Virus record (IMG/VR): IMGVR_UViG_3300044522_000179
Span: 1-64,000 of that record
Strand: one strand, 5' to 3'
DNA: 64,000 nucleotides
DNA from: a virus
Lineage: Duplodnaviria > Caudoviricetes
The notes under the pieces are model-generated. The model searched no databases. It was not told the DNA's origin and was given only the letters and a program-made list of their open reading frames with translations. The position numbers and the translations under genes were made by a program. This document shows, piece after piece, positions 24,566 through 37,100 of the stretch (position 1 is the first letter of the stretch; each line of letters opens with the position of its first letter).

Positions 24566-25719
24566 TATCCAACATCCAAGGCAAATCTAAACTCAATATA
24601 GTTTGTTGTGTTTGCTGATTTTATAATTGGTTTTGCACCTACACTTTTAATTACAGAGTATCCAGTAAGTCCATACAAAGAATTTGTAGAAGTAATATTT
24701 TCAAGTCTTAGCCCATCTAAACAAACATAAAATAAGTCAGAAGGCAATCCAGCCTCTGTTACGCAAGCATAAATTTTTGCTACAGTAACTTCTCTCCAGT
24801 CAAAGTTATCTGTTTTGTTTAAATCTTTAAGTGCTTTTGTAGCAACAACGTATCTGTTTAAAGCAAAATTTGTTTCTTTTACTGCTGTTCCAGCAGAGTA
24901 TCCTACATCATCAATATCTACCTCAAACCTTGCATACTCTTGTGAAGAGTTTAAGCCAGTATAAGAAAATTCCAATAAAATTTTAACATTGTCTGGCACT
25001 GTATTGGAGTTGGCAACTTTATTAACAACAGAAAATGCTAATCTTAGTTCATCTAATGGACTATTTTTTGTAAGATCTACTGCTGTATCGTTTAGCCTTA
25101 TGTATTTAGATCCAGTGCCAACTACAATTTTACCTAACTGGTTACTTGTAAGGGTTGAATCATTTCCAACTATAGCAATAATATTATTTAAGAATCTACA
25201 TCTTTCATTTCTTGCAACTCTGTCTGACTGAGTAAATATTCTATTGTCTGCATTTGTCTTAAATACATTGAGGGACTGGTTTATAATCCCGTTTTCTGCA
25301 ACACCATCAAGTGGTTCATATTTTGATTCTATATCAATTGCAGCAGAACCAAATGGTTGATATAGCCAGTTGTCAGTATCTGCAAAAGAATAAATTGTTC
25401 GGCTATCAAAAGATCCAGCAATTGGGTTTGACGCAGCAGAGAATATTCCAACCTCAGTAATCTCATATCTTTCTTCTGTTGGCAACTCTGCTGTTAATAC
25501 TACCTTATCTATCCCGCCCTCATTTACGAATCCTCTAGAAATAATAGGAACACGAAACATCTCAAAATCTAAGGAATTTTTTAGTGCATAGTCTCCAAAA
25601 ACACCCCCATCAGAAGCCACTGGGCTAGGCCCACAGCCCACAGCAATGTGTGAGGCATATGATTGTGTCTGACCCACAAGATACTTGGCTAAAAGATTTT
25701 TACCTATATTAGTTATCAT
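24565..25719 (-). CDS. Probable minor tail/baseplate protein
   Basis: MITNIGK...IAVGCG...ITEVGIFS N-terminus typical of tail/baseplate proteins. Confidence 0.65.
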   Translation of the reverse strand: MITNIGKNLLAKYLVGQTQSYASHIAVGCGPSPVASDGGVFGDYALKNSLDFEMFRVPIISRGFVNEGGIDKVVLTAELPTEERYEITEVGIFSAASNPIAGSFDSRTIYSFADTDNWLYQPFGSAAIDIESKYEPLDGVAENGIINQSLNVFKTNADNRIFTQSDRVARNERCRFLNNIIAIVGNDSTLTSNQLGKIVVGTGSKYIRLNDTAVDLTKNSPLDELRLAFSVVNKVANSNTVPDNVKILLEFSYTGLNSSQEYARFEVDIDDVGYSAGTAVKETNFALNRYVVATKALKDLNKTDNFDWREVTVAKIYACVTEAGLPSDLFYVCLDGLRLENITSTNSLYGLTGYSVIKSVGAKPIIKSANTTNYIEFRFALDVG

Positions 25720-26237
25720 TAATTACTCCCACTATGTATTGTATCATCAAAAATACTTCCACTGTTCAATATATTAATTTCTGCTTGCTCGCCCTCTTTG
25801 ACATTAACTAAGTTAATAACTAGGTCTCCGCTTATCGGATCTATGTAGACTGACTTACAGTTTGGAACTTTAACTCCATCCACCAGATCATATCCTGTAC
25901 CACAAACTGGCAGATGGTCAAATATGGATAAAGATAAAGACTTAAGATACGAATCAGATGCCTGGAGTCTTAAAACATTATTTGGATTGTATTGTAGATA
26001 TAAATCTGTCAAATTTTTAATCGGGGTATAAATAACCTTTTGTCCATTTACCAGGTCATGCCTAGATATAGTGGCAAGTTCATATCCTCCAATATCCTCA
26101 AATATAAGGTCTGTCATTATTTCAATAGACATGGCCTCATCATTTAAAAGAATTAAATCTGGAGTAGCAATTTTTACTGAGTTATCTTGAGATGCACTTT
26201 CTGGATATGGAAGATTTGCTGTTGCGCTTGTTGTCAT
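25719..26237 (-). CDS. Probable minor tail protein
   Basis: ORF track; position and TAATG coupling. Confidence 0.6.
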   Translation of the reverse strand: MTTSATANLPYPESASQDNSVKIATPDLILLNDEAMSIEIMTDLIFEDIGGYELATISRHDLVNGQKVIYTPIKNLTDLYLQYNPNNVLRLQASDSYLKSLSLSIFDHLPVCGTGYDLVDGVKVPNCKSVYIDPISGDLVINLVNVKEGEQAEINILNSGSIFDDTIHSGSN

Positions 26238-29200
26238 TATAGAACCTCACTTAAAAATACTGTCATGTCTGGACCACTTGGACCTCTTGAAAAATCAATA
26301 TTATATACAACGAACCTGCTTGATGCATTTGATGCCATACTTATTCCGTTTTCTTGATAGTCTAAACTTACTATGTCACCAAGTTGAATTGTAGGGATTG
26401 CAAATATTTTAACTCCAATAGACTTTCTTGGCTTTGATGTTTTTTCAACCATCCACTTCATTAAGTTTGATGCTTCATCTTGTGATTGAATATACGGAGT
26501 AGTTAATGAAAAATCTTTTTTCCCATAAGTCATTCTGCTTAATTTTATATCTTGATAATCTTGTTTAAATTTAAAAGGATTTGAAATTAATTTATCTGCA
26601 ACAAACTGTGGGTTTGATTCAAGAGTATTCTTATTAAAATATTCATCGACTGTTAGGTTGTTATCTGACTCCTGTGTAAAAGTAATTCCCTGAATTCTTA
26701 AATAGTTCCCACTTGTTTCATCTAGACTAAGTGCAGTGTCTGTTGCATTAAATATCATAAACTCAGCACCGTATGATCCTGCTCTAAAACCAGAAACGAC
26801 ATATCCTTTTATTTTATTAAATGTTGGAGAGATTTTTGCAGTTAATGCTGGATAAGCCTTATCATATTTAAAATTAAACACTGCTGCTTCTCTCATGATG
26901 CTGCCAAACTCTTCAAAATATATGTCATACTTTGGAGGTTCTGAAGAACCAATTCCAGAAAGATATGTATTTTGTATCAAACCACTGATTGCATATTTTC
27001 TAAAAGACTCATTTGCGTCAATTTCAGAATCTCCAAATACAGAATTTACTGGTGCGCCCAAAGAGAATGATGTGTTTTGAGAATAGTTATTACATAGGGC
27101 ATAAACATTTTCAAACATTGCTCTTGAAGACCCTCTTGTAAATAATGCTATGTTAGAGTATACTGGAAGTGGATCATTATCATCTACTGTTTTTATTAGT
27201 TTGCCGTTAATGTATAAGTAGAATCTTCTTGTCTTTCCTATGTCTTCATATTCTACTGCTAAATCATATACCGTTGGATTTTCTTCAGCAAAAACTCTTG
27301 ACTGTCCAGTAAATCTTCCATCATCAACAGTGATTGTAGCAAGACCATCCCAAAGTCCTACAGGAATGGCTTTGCCATTATTAGATTTTACTTTGTAGAA
27401 AAAAACATTACTAACGCTTTGTCTATCTGTTTCTGAAAGATTACCTAGTCCAAGTGCTGCTATCTCAAAATAATATCCTACATTTGTTGTTGGATTTAAC
27501 ATTACTGCAATTCCAGCAGAACCACCAGCAACGTTAATATTTTTATCTGGCGTAGAACCATTTACAACATAGTAAGTTGAAGATCCATTAGTTGTCTGAC
27601 CACGGTCTTCATTGCTTTCAATCTTGCCAATAATTCTTAGTCTTGTTCCAAAGTGTTTATACTTTTTCCCTTCTAATGATTTATGAACATATGAAATAAA
27701 ATTTCTTGGCTTTTCTTTAGTAGCAAAGTTTGGACCAGTTAAAGAAAGTGCTGATGATTGAACCGAACCTGGAACTTGTTGAGTATTTGTGGTTATCTCT
27801 CCTACAATAGAGGTTGACAGAAAGTTTTTAATAATTCCGCTTCTAGATGAAGTTCTTGCTAAAGCATCAGAAGATATTCCAGAGTCAGTTAATTTTCCAG
27901 ATGAAGCAACGGTGGTTGCAGGTAAAGTTAAATCTTTTTGAAACAAATACTCTGATGACATGTAACAACCTTTAACATTGTCATCTGATTTCCAGTAGTC
28001 AGCAATTCCAGCATTATGTGCAACAACAGTAGTTCCAAATTGTCCACGACCATGCTTTTGAACTTCTCCATTTTGTAATCTAATAACACCAGATTGCTCA
28101 AAATATTTTGGTTCAGAATAAATTCTTACAAGGCCAGTTGGATATATCTTTCCATTGAATGGAAGTTTAGAAAAATAATTTTGATAGTCTTCTGTAGAAG
28201 TTATCCAAACATTTCCAAAACCAGTAACGTTGTATTGAACTGCATCATATTTTATAATTTCTCCTTGTGAATAAAAATATCCATTATATCTTGTAATCCA
28301 ATACGCTGCTTCACCAAGACTAAATGTATTATTAATTACAATGTTATTTTTTACAATTGGAACATCTGCCGAAAGATTAGAGTTTAGTGGTATAGCACTA
28401 AGAACATATGCCGACTGTCTATTTACTTCGTTATTTATTGATTTTGTATTTTCTGTTCCAGAAACTTCCCACAATAGGGCAGGCTTATAAGTGTAAAATC
28501 TTTCATCATCTAAGAGGCTTGCCTGCCTTAGAGAACCGATAGATCTTTGTATATGTCTTGTTGTGTAATTAATTACTCCATCATTGTAGACATTGTTTGT
28601 CTGGCTAGATACAGAAATCACATTTGCAAGTTTAGCATTTGCAAGTGTTTTATTTTTAATTTCATTATCTTGAAACAGATCGTTAGTTCCCCTAAGTTCA
28701 AATGTTGTTGGTCTTTGTTCTTTTGTTGGCATAATATAGTCTTTGCTCATCATAACAAAGTTATTGTATTCATCAAAAAACATTGCAGTTTGAGTTGATA
28801 CCGCTAAATCTTGAAGAATTTGTGCAACGCTGTTGTCTGGCCCAACAAAGAAATATGGAATTATTGTTTCTTTTTCATTTGCCACTCTTCTAAATGTGTA
28901 ATTAGAAAAACCAATATGGTCTAATAAAAGAGAAACAGCAGAACTTACAGATACTTCTGTCATTAATATTTGTGGTGCAGTTATTGATTCTAGATACCAA
29001 TACATATCTCTTAAGGAAAGGGACACAGTTTTATTCATAAGATCCTGCTTGGGAAATGAATCGGCATATAGTGTTTTAATTGGAACCCAGTAATCCCAGC
29101 CTGCAACATCAACAATTACTTCATAAAACTTAAACTGAACATGTCTATTTATATATTTTGCTATAATACTTGACTGATTGTTTTCATTAAATGCTTGATC

Positions 29201-30529
29201 ATAATCAAATATATTAATATTTCCATTAGATGCAATTAACTGTCCAACTGGTAAACCACTTAGCCCAAGATCTGATGCACTTTTATTAATTGAATAGTCT
29301 AAAGTTTTATCAGATACATTTAAAACAAGTCTTGGAGATATTTCTATAAGGTCAAAGGTTGAGTCTTTTACGTTCATTGAGTCAACGACAATTCTAATTC
29401 CAGAGATATATTCAAACTCTCTATACTGTTCTTTTCCATCTAATGATTTAGTAAATACATTTGGAGATGTAGCATCTACTACAAAGTTTGTAAGTCTATC
29501 TACTGTCTCATCCTGGATATACCAACCATACTTTGGGGTTATGATTGTATAATCTGTACCGTTCCAAATATAAAACTTGCCTATATCGTTTTCATTTTCT
29601 TTAATAAGATAAGCATATCCAACTACAGACTGCTCAGGAAGCAAAGAAATACTTGAGTATACTTCTGCAAAAACAAAATTTGCTTTCCATTCATCTGGAA
29701 CAATTAGTCCATAGGATATTTCAACATAGCCATCACTTTTGATAACTGAAGATCCGTCTACTCTTCGTATTGCGGGATTAAATGAGATAACATCTTGCCA
29801 GTTTGAATCTTTTAAGAACTGAATCTTCCATTTAGTTGGAACCTTTTGATTTAACTCTCCAAAGAATGGATCTGAAAATGCTCCAGTTGGGGATGAGAAG
29901 GGGCCTAGATTTTCTGTACCAGTATGGGTTTGCATCTTAACAACAACTCTATTGGCTGGAATTTTTTCTTTATAGACAACAAAAGGACAAGCATCTTCTA
30001 TAGAGTTTTGAGAACCTCTTACCTTTGAGGCAATTCCGTATTCTTGACCAGACTCTGTTCTGTATGAAGTCCAATACTTAAACTTATCATTTTTATCTGG
30101 CATATAGTACCTTGGCCTATCGGCCATAACTAGATTTGGGTGGTGCAGTTTTCCGTTCTCAAAGAACACTGCCTTGTTAATTCCAGATCTTGGTCTAAAC
30201 TGATTAAAGCATTCCTCTAAAGAATAAAGAGTTTTTAACTTTTCTTTCTTTGTTAAAAATGTTGTTGGAATATTGTCATTGTCAAATGTTCCATCTACAA
30301 GAGTATCTGCATCAGTTGCTCCTGTATAAAAATTTCCATCATCATTAATATCAAAACCTGTTGGAAGTGATGAATAAATAGATCCAGACTGCGTTGGTCT
30401 ATATCTATAGTTACCAATATGTTTTATATTGGTTGGTATGTTCATATTCCATTCTGCTGTTATTATTGACTTGTTCCGTACCGTCGGAGAAGTCTCTAAA
30501 AATGTTTGCAGGTCTTTGTCTTCAAACAT
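26237..30529 (-). CDS. Large tail-tip/baseplate hub protein (1430 aa)
   Basis: Second gene after the tape measure; QDLAVSTQTAMFFDEYNNFV and C-terminal PTIQLGDIV hub-like motifs. Confidence 0.7.
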   Translation of the reverse strand: MFEDKDLQTFLETSPTVRNKSIITAEWNMNIPTNIKHIGNYRYRPTQSGSIYSSLPTGFDINDDGNFYTGATDADTLVDGTFDNDNIPTTFLTKKEKLKTLYSLEECFNQFRPRSGINKAVFFENGKLHHPNLVMADRPRYYMPDKNDKFKYWTSYRTESGQEYGIASKVRGSQNSIEDACPFVVYKEKIPANRVVVKMQTHTGTENLGPFSSPTGAFSDPFFGELNQKVPTKWKIQFLKDSNWQDVISFNPAIRRVDGSSVIKSDGYVEISYGLIVPDEWKANFVFAEVYSSISLLPEQSVVGYAYLIKENENDIGKFYIWNGTDYTIITPKYGWYIQDETVDRLTNFVVDATSPNVFTKSLDGKEQYREFEYISGIRIVVDSMNVKDSTFDLIEISPRLVLNVSDKTLDYSINKSASDLGLSGLPVGQLIASNGNINIFDYDQAFNENNQSSIIAKYINRHVQFKFYEVIVDVAGWDYWVPIKTLYADSFPKQDLMNKTVSLSLRDMYWYLESITAPQILMTEVSVSSAVSLLLDHIGFSNYTFRRVANEKETIIPYFFVGPDNSVAQILQDLAVSTQTAMFFDEYNNFVMMSKDYIMPTKEQRPTTFELRGTNDLFQDNEIKNKTLANAKLANVISVSSQTNNVYNDGVINYTTRHIQRSIGSLRQASLLDDERFYTYKPALLWEVSGTENTKSINNEVNRQSAYVLSAIPLNSNLSADVPIVKNNIVINNTFSLGEAAYWITRYNGYFYSQGEIIKYDAVQYNVTGFGNVWITSTEDYQNYFSKLPFNGKIYPTGLVRIYSEPKYFEQSGVIRLQNGEVQKHGRGQFGTTVVAHNAGIADYWKSDDNVKGCYMSSEYLFQKDLTLPATTVASSGKLTDSGISSDALARTSSRSGIIKNFLSTSIVGEITTNTQQVPGSVQSSALSLTGPNFATKEKPRNFISYVHKSLEGKKYKHFGTRLRIIGKIESNEDRGQTTNGSSTYYVVNGSTPDKNINVAGGSAGIAVMLNPTTNVGYYFEIAALGLGNLSETDRQSVSNVFFYKVKSNNGKAIPVGLWDGLATITVDDGRFTGQSRVFAEENPTVYDLAVEYEDIGKTRRFYLYINGKLIKTVDDNDPLPVYSNIALFTRGSSRAMFENVYALCNNYSQNTSFSLGAPVNSVFGDSEIDANESFRKYAISGLIQNTYLSGIGSSEPPKYDIYFEEFGSIMREAAVFNFKYDKAYPALTAKISPTFNKIKGYVVSGFRAGSYGAEFMIFNATDTALSLDETSGNYLRIQGITFTQESDNNLTVDEYFNKNTLESNPQFVADKLISNPFKFKQDYQDIKLSRMTYGKKDFSLTTPYIQSQDEASNLMKWMVEKTSKPRKSIGVKIFAIPTIQLGDIVSLDYQENGISMASNASSRFVVYNIDFSRGPSGPDMTVFLSEVL

Positions 30530-31164
30530 TATACTTCTTCCAAAGTTATTGAGACGTTCCAGTAATCAAAGTTAGTTCCTCTTTTTTCAACAGAATATGA
30601 AAAATCACTAATAAACATTTCTATAAGTTGATTGTATTGCCCAAGGTGGTCGTATGGTTCTGATGTTCCCTTAAAAATTCCTTTTCTATCATATGCAAGA
30701 AATACCCAGAAAGATCCCTTATGTGAATCATACCACTCAAGCATATCTGCTCCACCTGCTCCGCCATCAGTTGTATAGGATACATATGGAGAGGCTCCAG
30801 TAACAGTATCAAAACTTGGAATGTTTGCATGGGATCTAGAAGGAATTAAATTCCAACTTGTACTTAGTGTTATTTTGTCTGCAATATGATATGATCTCAT
30901 GCGACCATTAATCATTCTTTCACGCTTTTCAATTCTTTCTTCTGAAAAATCAAGTGGCTGTCTATTATCATCAGTAATAAACAAGAATTGATCTAAAAGG
31001 GTTTGGTCTTCAACACTTTCTGGGTCTACTCCAACTTCATATCCGTAGGGGATGTACAAACCATCTTTAAGAGTGCCAGAGTTTTCAGACCACAGCATAC
31101 CGCTTGGTCTGTTGTATTTCTTACGACCCTGAACATAGGTGACTCTTGGATCAATTTCTGGCAT
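30529..31164 (-). CDS. Distal tail (Dit-like) protein
   Basis: Directly follows the tape measure; ERMINGRMR...WNVSITLEEV. Confidence 0.65.
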   Translation of the reverse strand: MPEIDPRVTYVQGRKKYNRPSGMLWSENSGTLKDGLYIPYGYEVGVDPESVEDQTLLDQFLFITDDNRQPLDFSEERIEKRERMINGRMRSYHIADKITLSTSWNLIPSRSHANIPSFDTVTGASPYVSYTTDGGAGGADMLEWYDSHKGSFWVFLAYDRKGIFKGTSEPYDHLGQYNQLIEMFISDFSYSVEKRGTNFDYWNVSITLEEV

Positions 31165-34100
31165 TTAATGACACCCCTCTAATTCTTCTATCATCAACTT
31201 GTTTAATTGTTGACATCACTGCTTGTGCAATTTCATTTGGATTAGCATTTGTTTTTGCATTAACAGTTAATGTATATGTATTATTATACACTGCCCCGCT
31301 ATTAAGATCTCCATTATTCATTTTTTTCATATGATCTACACCGTAAGAATCTACAGCATACTTGCTCATTACAAATTCTCCTGGAGTTAGCATTGCTGGC
31401 ACTGTATCAGTACCCTTTGCAAAACCACCTGCAGCAAACATTTTTGGAACCATTCCGCCTGCACTTAGCCCCATAGACTTCATTGCTTGTCCAGTATATC
31501 GTGCCGTAGATAGCGCTCCTGCTGTTCCACCTAAAGACTTTGTCATTGTTTTTGAACTTAAAAGCGCTCTTGACATATTAATTGCAATTGATTCTGGAGA
31601 AAGATTTCCTTCAGCAAGAGCAACGGCCTTGTTTAAACTTGTAGTATTTGTTGCTTTTCTAATAGCAAGCGCTGAAATTCCAGCAGCAACTTTTCCAATC
31701 TCTGCTGACTGACTTTCAAGTTCTGCAATGGCTGCTGCTGCTGCTAACGCTGCTGCAGTTGCTTCTGAAAGAGCAGCATTTGCTTCTGCTTCTGCATCTG
31801 CTGCTGCTTTGTGAGCATCTTCTGCTTCTTTATTTGCTTCAGGTGATGCCTCTGGATCTGGAACATATGGCTTTGAAATTATTGGACTTGGTCCTTGTGC
31901 TGCAGAGTTACTTGATGTATTCCCTGGTTGAGCCTGATATGCTGCAATAAGTTTTGCTTGAATCTCTAGTGCAAGTTTCATAGAATCAACAAATGCTGCG
32001 CTCTTAATTAAGGCAAGGTCTACTTGATTTTTAATTGCTTCCCAAGCATCTTTTGTTAATCCAAGAACGGTAAGACCTTCTATATCTTTGTCTAATACTA
32101 TTTGTCTTAAACGAATAAACTCTTGTGCTGGTTCTAGTTTATCTTCTTCAATTTTAAATATTTTATCTTGAAGATCTTTAATTTCTTTTTCAAGGTCTAG
32201 TCTAGTTTTTCCACCCTGAGTTTTTACTCTAGACAATTCATATTCTCTAGATTTTTCTATTGCATCTTTTTGTTTTGTTACAGCATCTGCTGCTGCCTGG
32301 GCTCTCATATCCTGTACGGCCCGTGCTGCTGCTGAAATATCGCCAGAGGTTAGTGCCTCAGCAAGAGTTAGTTGACCCTTTTGCTGATTAGAAATGGAAG
32401 AGTTTAACTTTTCTACTTCATCTAAAGCCTTAATTCTTTCATCATACTTATCATTAATTTTTTGCTCTTGATCTTCAATACCTTTTAGTGCTGCTTCTTT
32501 ATCATCTATCTCATATTGAATTGCTGCAATTGTATTTTGTGCCTCTTTAATTATTGCATTTTGTGATTTTGTATCTATTTTAAACTGTATGTTTAGTGCT
32601 GTCTCTTGAACATCAAAAGCCTGCATTGCATTGCCAAACCCCTTATCAAATAAACCTTGCATAAATTCAACGGTAGACTTTAATTGATTTAGTCTTGTAT
32701 TAAACAACTCAACTAATTCACTTAACTCTCCTAATGCAGCCATAATAACTGCTGGTGGTGCTCCAATTGTTTGCAACCTCTTTACTTGTGCTTCTTTTGC
32801 TTCTAACTGACTTTCCATTAATTTTAAGTTTTCATCTGATGAAATTGCAAAAGCATCTTCTGCTCCATACTTTGATCTTAGTCTTCCTTCTTGAATTGTG
32901 TTTTTCTTAAATTGTGCGATATCTGTTTTTACCCCGCTAATTGCTGCATATTTTTCTTTTTCTTTTGTTAAACGCTTATAATTATTAATTAAAGTTTCTA
33001 GATTTTTATTACTTACGCCATTAGCAATTGCTTCTGCAATTCCTGCATCAGTAACTAATTGGTATGCCTCTGCTACTGGAACTCCAAGGTTTGCCAACTT
33101 ATTAAAGGCAGTGGATTGATTTTCAATAGCCTTGAGGTCTGCCTCCATGCTAGACTTCCAGTCACCCATAGTTATTGAGTTTAATGCTTCCTGAATATTT
33201 TTAGCATCTTCTTTTAGTGCAACAATATTTCCTTTATTGTCAAACTTAAACAATGAGTTCTTTTTCTGTTCATATACCTTTGGATCCATGCCGACGATTA
33301 GTTCGATAAAGTCTTGGCTTGTACCTAAGCCTCTTAGATCGTTTTCTATACCGCTAAATACACTGATGGTCTTGTTACCACCAAACAGTTTATCTAATGC
33401 CTTACGAGAAGCACCCCAGCCTTCTGTGACCTTGATCTGGTTCATTCTTACATCTCTTAGTTTCTTTACTAAGTCATCTAGTGGTGAGGACTGGACTTTG
33501 TTTCCATCGCCATTTGGGGTTGTTCCTGTTGGAGCCTTTGTTCCTACTGATGTATTATCTGTAACGGCTTTGTATCCTTGTGCTTCTCTATATTTTTGTA
33601 TTTTATATGAAATACTACCGCTGACTCCTGCTCCTCCATGTGGTGCTGGCTCTTTGAGCCAAGCCTTATAGTCTTCACTTGCTTCAATTTGTGGTTCTGG
33701 AATATTAATTATTGATGCAATAGTAGTTGTATATACAAGTTTTTGATCATCTGTTAATGTTTTAAAATATGCTTCGTCAAAGTTTGCGGTCCCTTTAAGT
33801 TGTGGCATTATATTATAAACAGCATCTATTGTCTTTGGCTTTTGTGTTTCAATTGCATCAAGAACTCGATTTAGTTCCTCGTATGCTGTTTTATTTTTTG
33901 GATCTACATAAAAACTAACCATAAAGTCTGATGGTATAACTGTATTAAGATTATTTAATTTGATCATGTTCTTTGTAAAATCAAGAGCATCTGAGTCTTT
34001 TTCAAATGCTTCTACCTTAGTTATAAATTTTGTTTGAACTGTTTTATTAATGTCACCCTTTGCATTAAGAATGTTTTGTGCTGCTACACCTATTGACTCA

Positions 34101-37100
34101 GATGTTGCACCAGAAAACTTTGTAATAATGTTCATCATCTTTGGTGCAATGTCTTTATTATCTGTTGCCATTTGCAAAAGAGTTCTAAATACGGCTGGAG
34201 GAATATCTCCACTTGCCATCTTTGCTTGAATTAAAAACTCTTGTCCACTATCAATAAGACCATCTTTTCTTAGATTTTTTGATTGCTGATTTACAGTATC
34301 TATATATGCTAACTGGTTAGGATCATTTTTGTATTTTGCAGTTGTGGCTTTTTTCATTCCAGACATCATTGCTTCTTGAAGTCCACCAGCACTATTGTAT
34401 TGAGATACTATGTCTCCTTGCATTTTTGCTTGGGCTGCAGTTAGTTGATCTCTTTTTCCAACTTTGCCTTTTTCTTTATCTCCTAAATACTCTTTCTCTA
34501 GTTCTAACGCCTCATTAATTTTACCCTGCAGCCTTAACTCTTCAATTTTTTTCTGATAATACATATCAAGTGAATCTAGCATTTGTTTATTTTGTTCCAT
34601 TGCAATTTTAGCATCTACTGCGTAGGTTGCTCCAAGAACTGCTGCCTCTTTTGCATATTTCTTTGAGGCAAAGTATCCACCAATTGCTCCTACTGCTGTT
34701 CCAATTCCAGCACCTATAATTGCTCCTGCTAGAGTTCCTGCAGGTCCTAGTGCTGTTCCAATTCCAGCACCTGCTGCTGCTCCACCAAGAGCCGAAGCGC
34801 CTATACCTAGTCCTTGTGTTACTTTTTGTCCAGCAAGTTGTTGCAAAACACCAGCATTTTTTACATTATCAGCACTAGTTTTCATATTCGTTGCATTTGC
34901 ATTTACCATATTTATTCTAACATTCAATGGATCGTTAACAAGGTTTTCTCCATTTGGTCCAAGCAAACTTTCTAATTGAGCAATAACCTTTATACCAATA
35001 GACATATCTCCTGCTTGTCTAGCAGCATTCATAGCCAAACTTTTTGCCTGTGACATATCCATAGCGCCAGACATAATTGCTGCAGAAAGTTGGCCACCTA
35101 AATCTTTCACTGCAACATTTCCCTTACCTTCAGCGTTCTGTTTTGAAATTCTTGCAGTCAAAGCCTTTCCTTCTGCTGTTTGAGCATATGCTTCTCCATA
35201 TGTAGTCTTACCAGTTGCTGGGCCAAGCATTGCAAAAGAATTTTTTCTTCTTAGGTCCATTTGTTCTGAGGCTGTTGTCTTACCACCAAATTTTGCTATA
35301 GTCTGTAATGCAGATGTAGATCCTTTAAACTTTTCACCCTCTTCTAAAACCTGATCTGCTGCTTTATCAAATGACATTCTCAAGGCAGCAAATGATCCAA
35401 CTGTTGCAAGAAGTCCTACTGCTAAGGCTGAAGCAGGACTTTTTAACATTGGAATTATCATAGACAATCCCATAAGTGGCATCATTAATTTTTGTGAGAT
35501 TTCTCCAACTTTACCTGGTACCATAGAACCAATCATTGCTGCACCTGCTGCCATTCCGACACCGCCAGCAATTCCCATACCACCCTTACCTGCTACTTTT
35601 GCATTTTGTCTATTATTTTTAAGTCTTTGCAATTTAGTGGTTTCAAATTTACCATTTGCCATTGAAGGTCCCATTGGCGTTCCAGAAACTGAAGGTGCTG
35701 GTGTAAACTGTGCTGCTGCTCTTTCACTAATAATTCTTTTTTGATATGCTACAGAGTTTGCTAATTTAGTTCTTCTTTCCATTTGTCTACGCATAGACTT
35801 GGCATCTGCATCCATTGGACCCATGCCGTATAGTTTAGTTCTTGATGCTGCCATCTTTGCTTGTGTTTTTGCTTCTGCCCTTTGGCGCTTTTCCATTTGT
35901 CTACGTAAAGATTTAGCATCTGCATCTATTGATCCCGTTCCATACAAAGCAGTCCTTGATGATGCTGCTGCGGATTGAGATATTGTTTTTCCAATAGTGG
36001 CACCAGCAGCCTTGGCTTTTGCAACAGATCCTTTTACTCCCGCAAGAATTGCGTTTACAGTTGCATTCTTTGATCCTGGGGCATTTGCTTTTCCAACAAT
36101 TCTTCCCTTGGGGCCTTGACGAACCGATGAAGCAACACTCGCTGGAGCAAGTCTTGTATCCTTTATGCTGCCAGAGTCTGATTTTAACTTTCCGTTATTT
36201 GGCTTTGTTGGTATTGGCTTTAGGTTACCCTTTTTGTCTTCAAGTACTTCATCTGGCTTTACCAAAATTGAACGATGGAAGTTATAAACCTTTTTCCAGT
36301 CTGCGTTTAAGCCAGCCTGAAGTCTCTTATACATATCTTCATAAACTTTTTTGGCTGGATCTCCAGTCTTAAGTTTAAAGCCATCTATAGTTTTTCTTAA
36401 TTTTGGAAGAGTTCTATTGATTTCTTCTTTTATTTTTCTTTCATATTCATCTGCAGACTGAATATTTTGTGGAATATCAGCAGTGGCATTTCCAAACCAG
36501 AAAGGAGAGCCATTAGCATTTGGTCCTGTAACACCCTTAAAGTTATGCATAGCAATTGCTTCCATTGATGGAAGACCACTTGAATAGGCTCTTTTACCAG
36601 AGGCTGTATCAAATACACCTGCAGCGCCAACATCGGCTACAACATTTCCTCCAAGGTTGCCCTTCTTAAGGTCTTTGTCTCCACGAAGGGCTGCTGCTAC
36701 TGTTTGCTTAATATATTCTTTTTCAGTAAAAGTTTTTGGCATTGTGTTTGGATCAAATCTTGAGTCATACGGAGATTCCAAAACAATAATTTTTCTTTTT
36801 TTCTTAACATCTGGTTCATCAATATCTGTAGGATCAATCATTGTTTTGATTGTTTGTCTTGGTGCTAGTAAGCCTTGTGCTCTAGCAATCTCAGTTCCTC
36901 TTTTTTCTGCTATAGCGTCTAACTCACTCAGCATTGGTTTTACAAATACTTTTGACCCATCTGGCTTTGTAAATATTCCGCCGATGGTTGACATAAAATT
37001 ACTTCTACCAGAACTCTGTGTTTCTTGAACACCAAAGTTTGTAGGCTTCTTTGCTCCAAAGGCAGTTTGAGATGCCTCTATTGCAACTGCTCTTAGTTTT

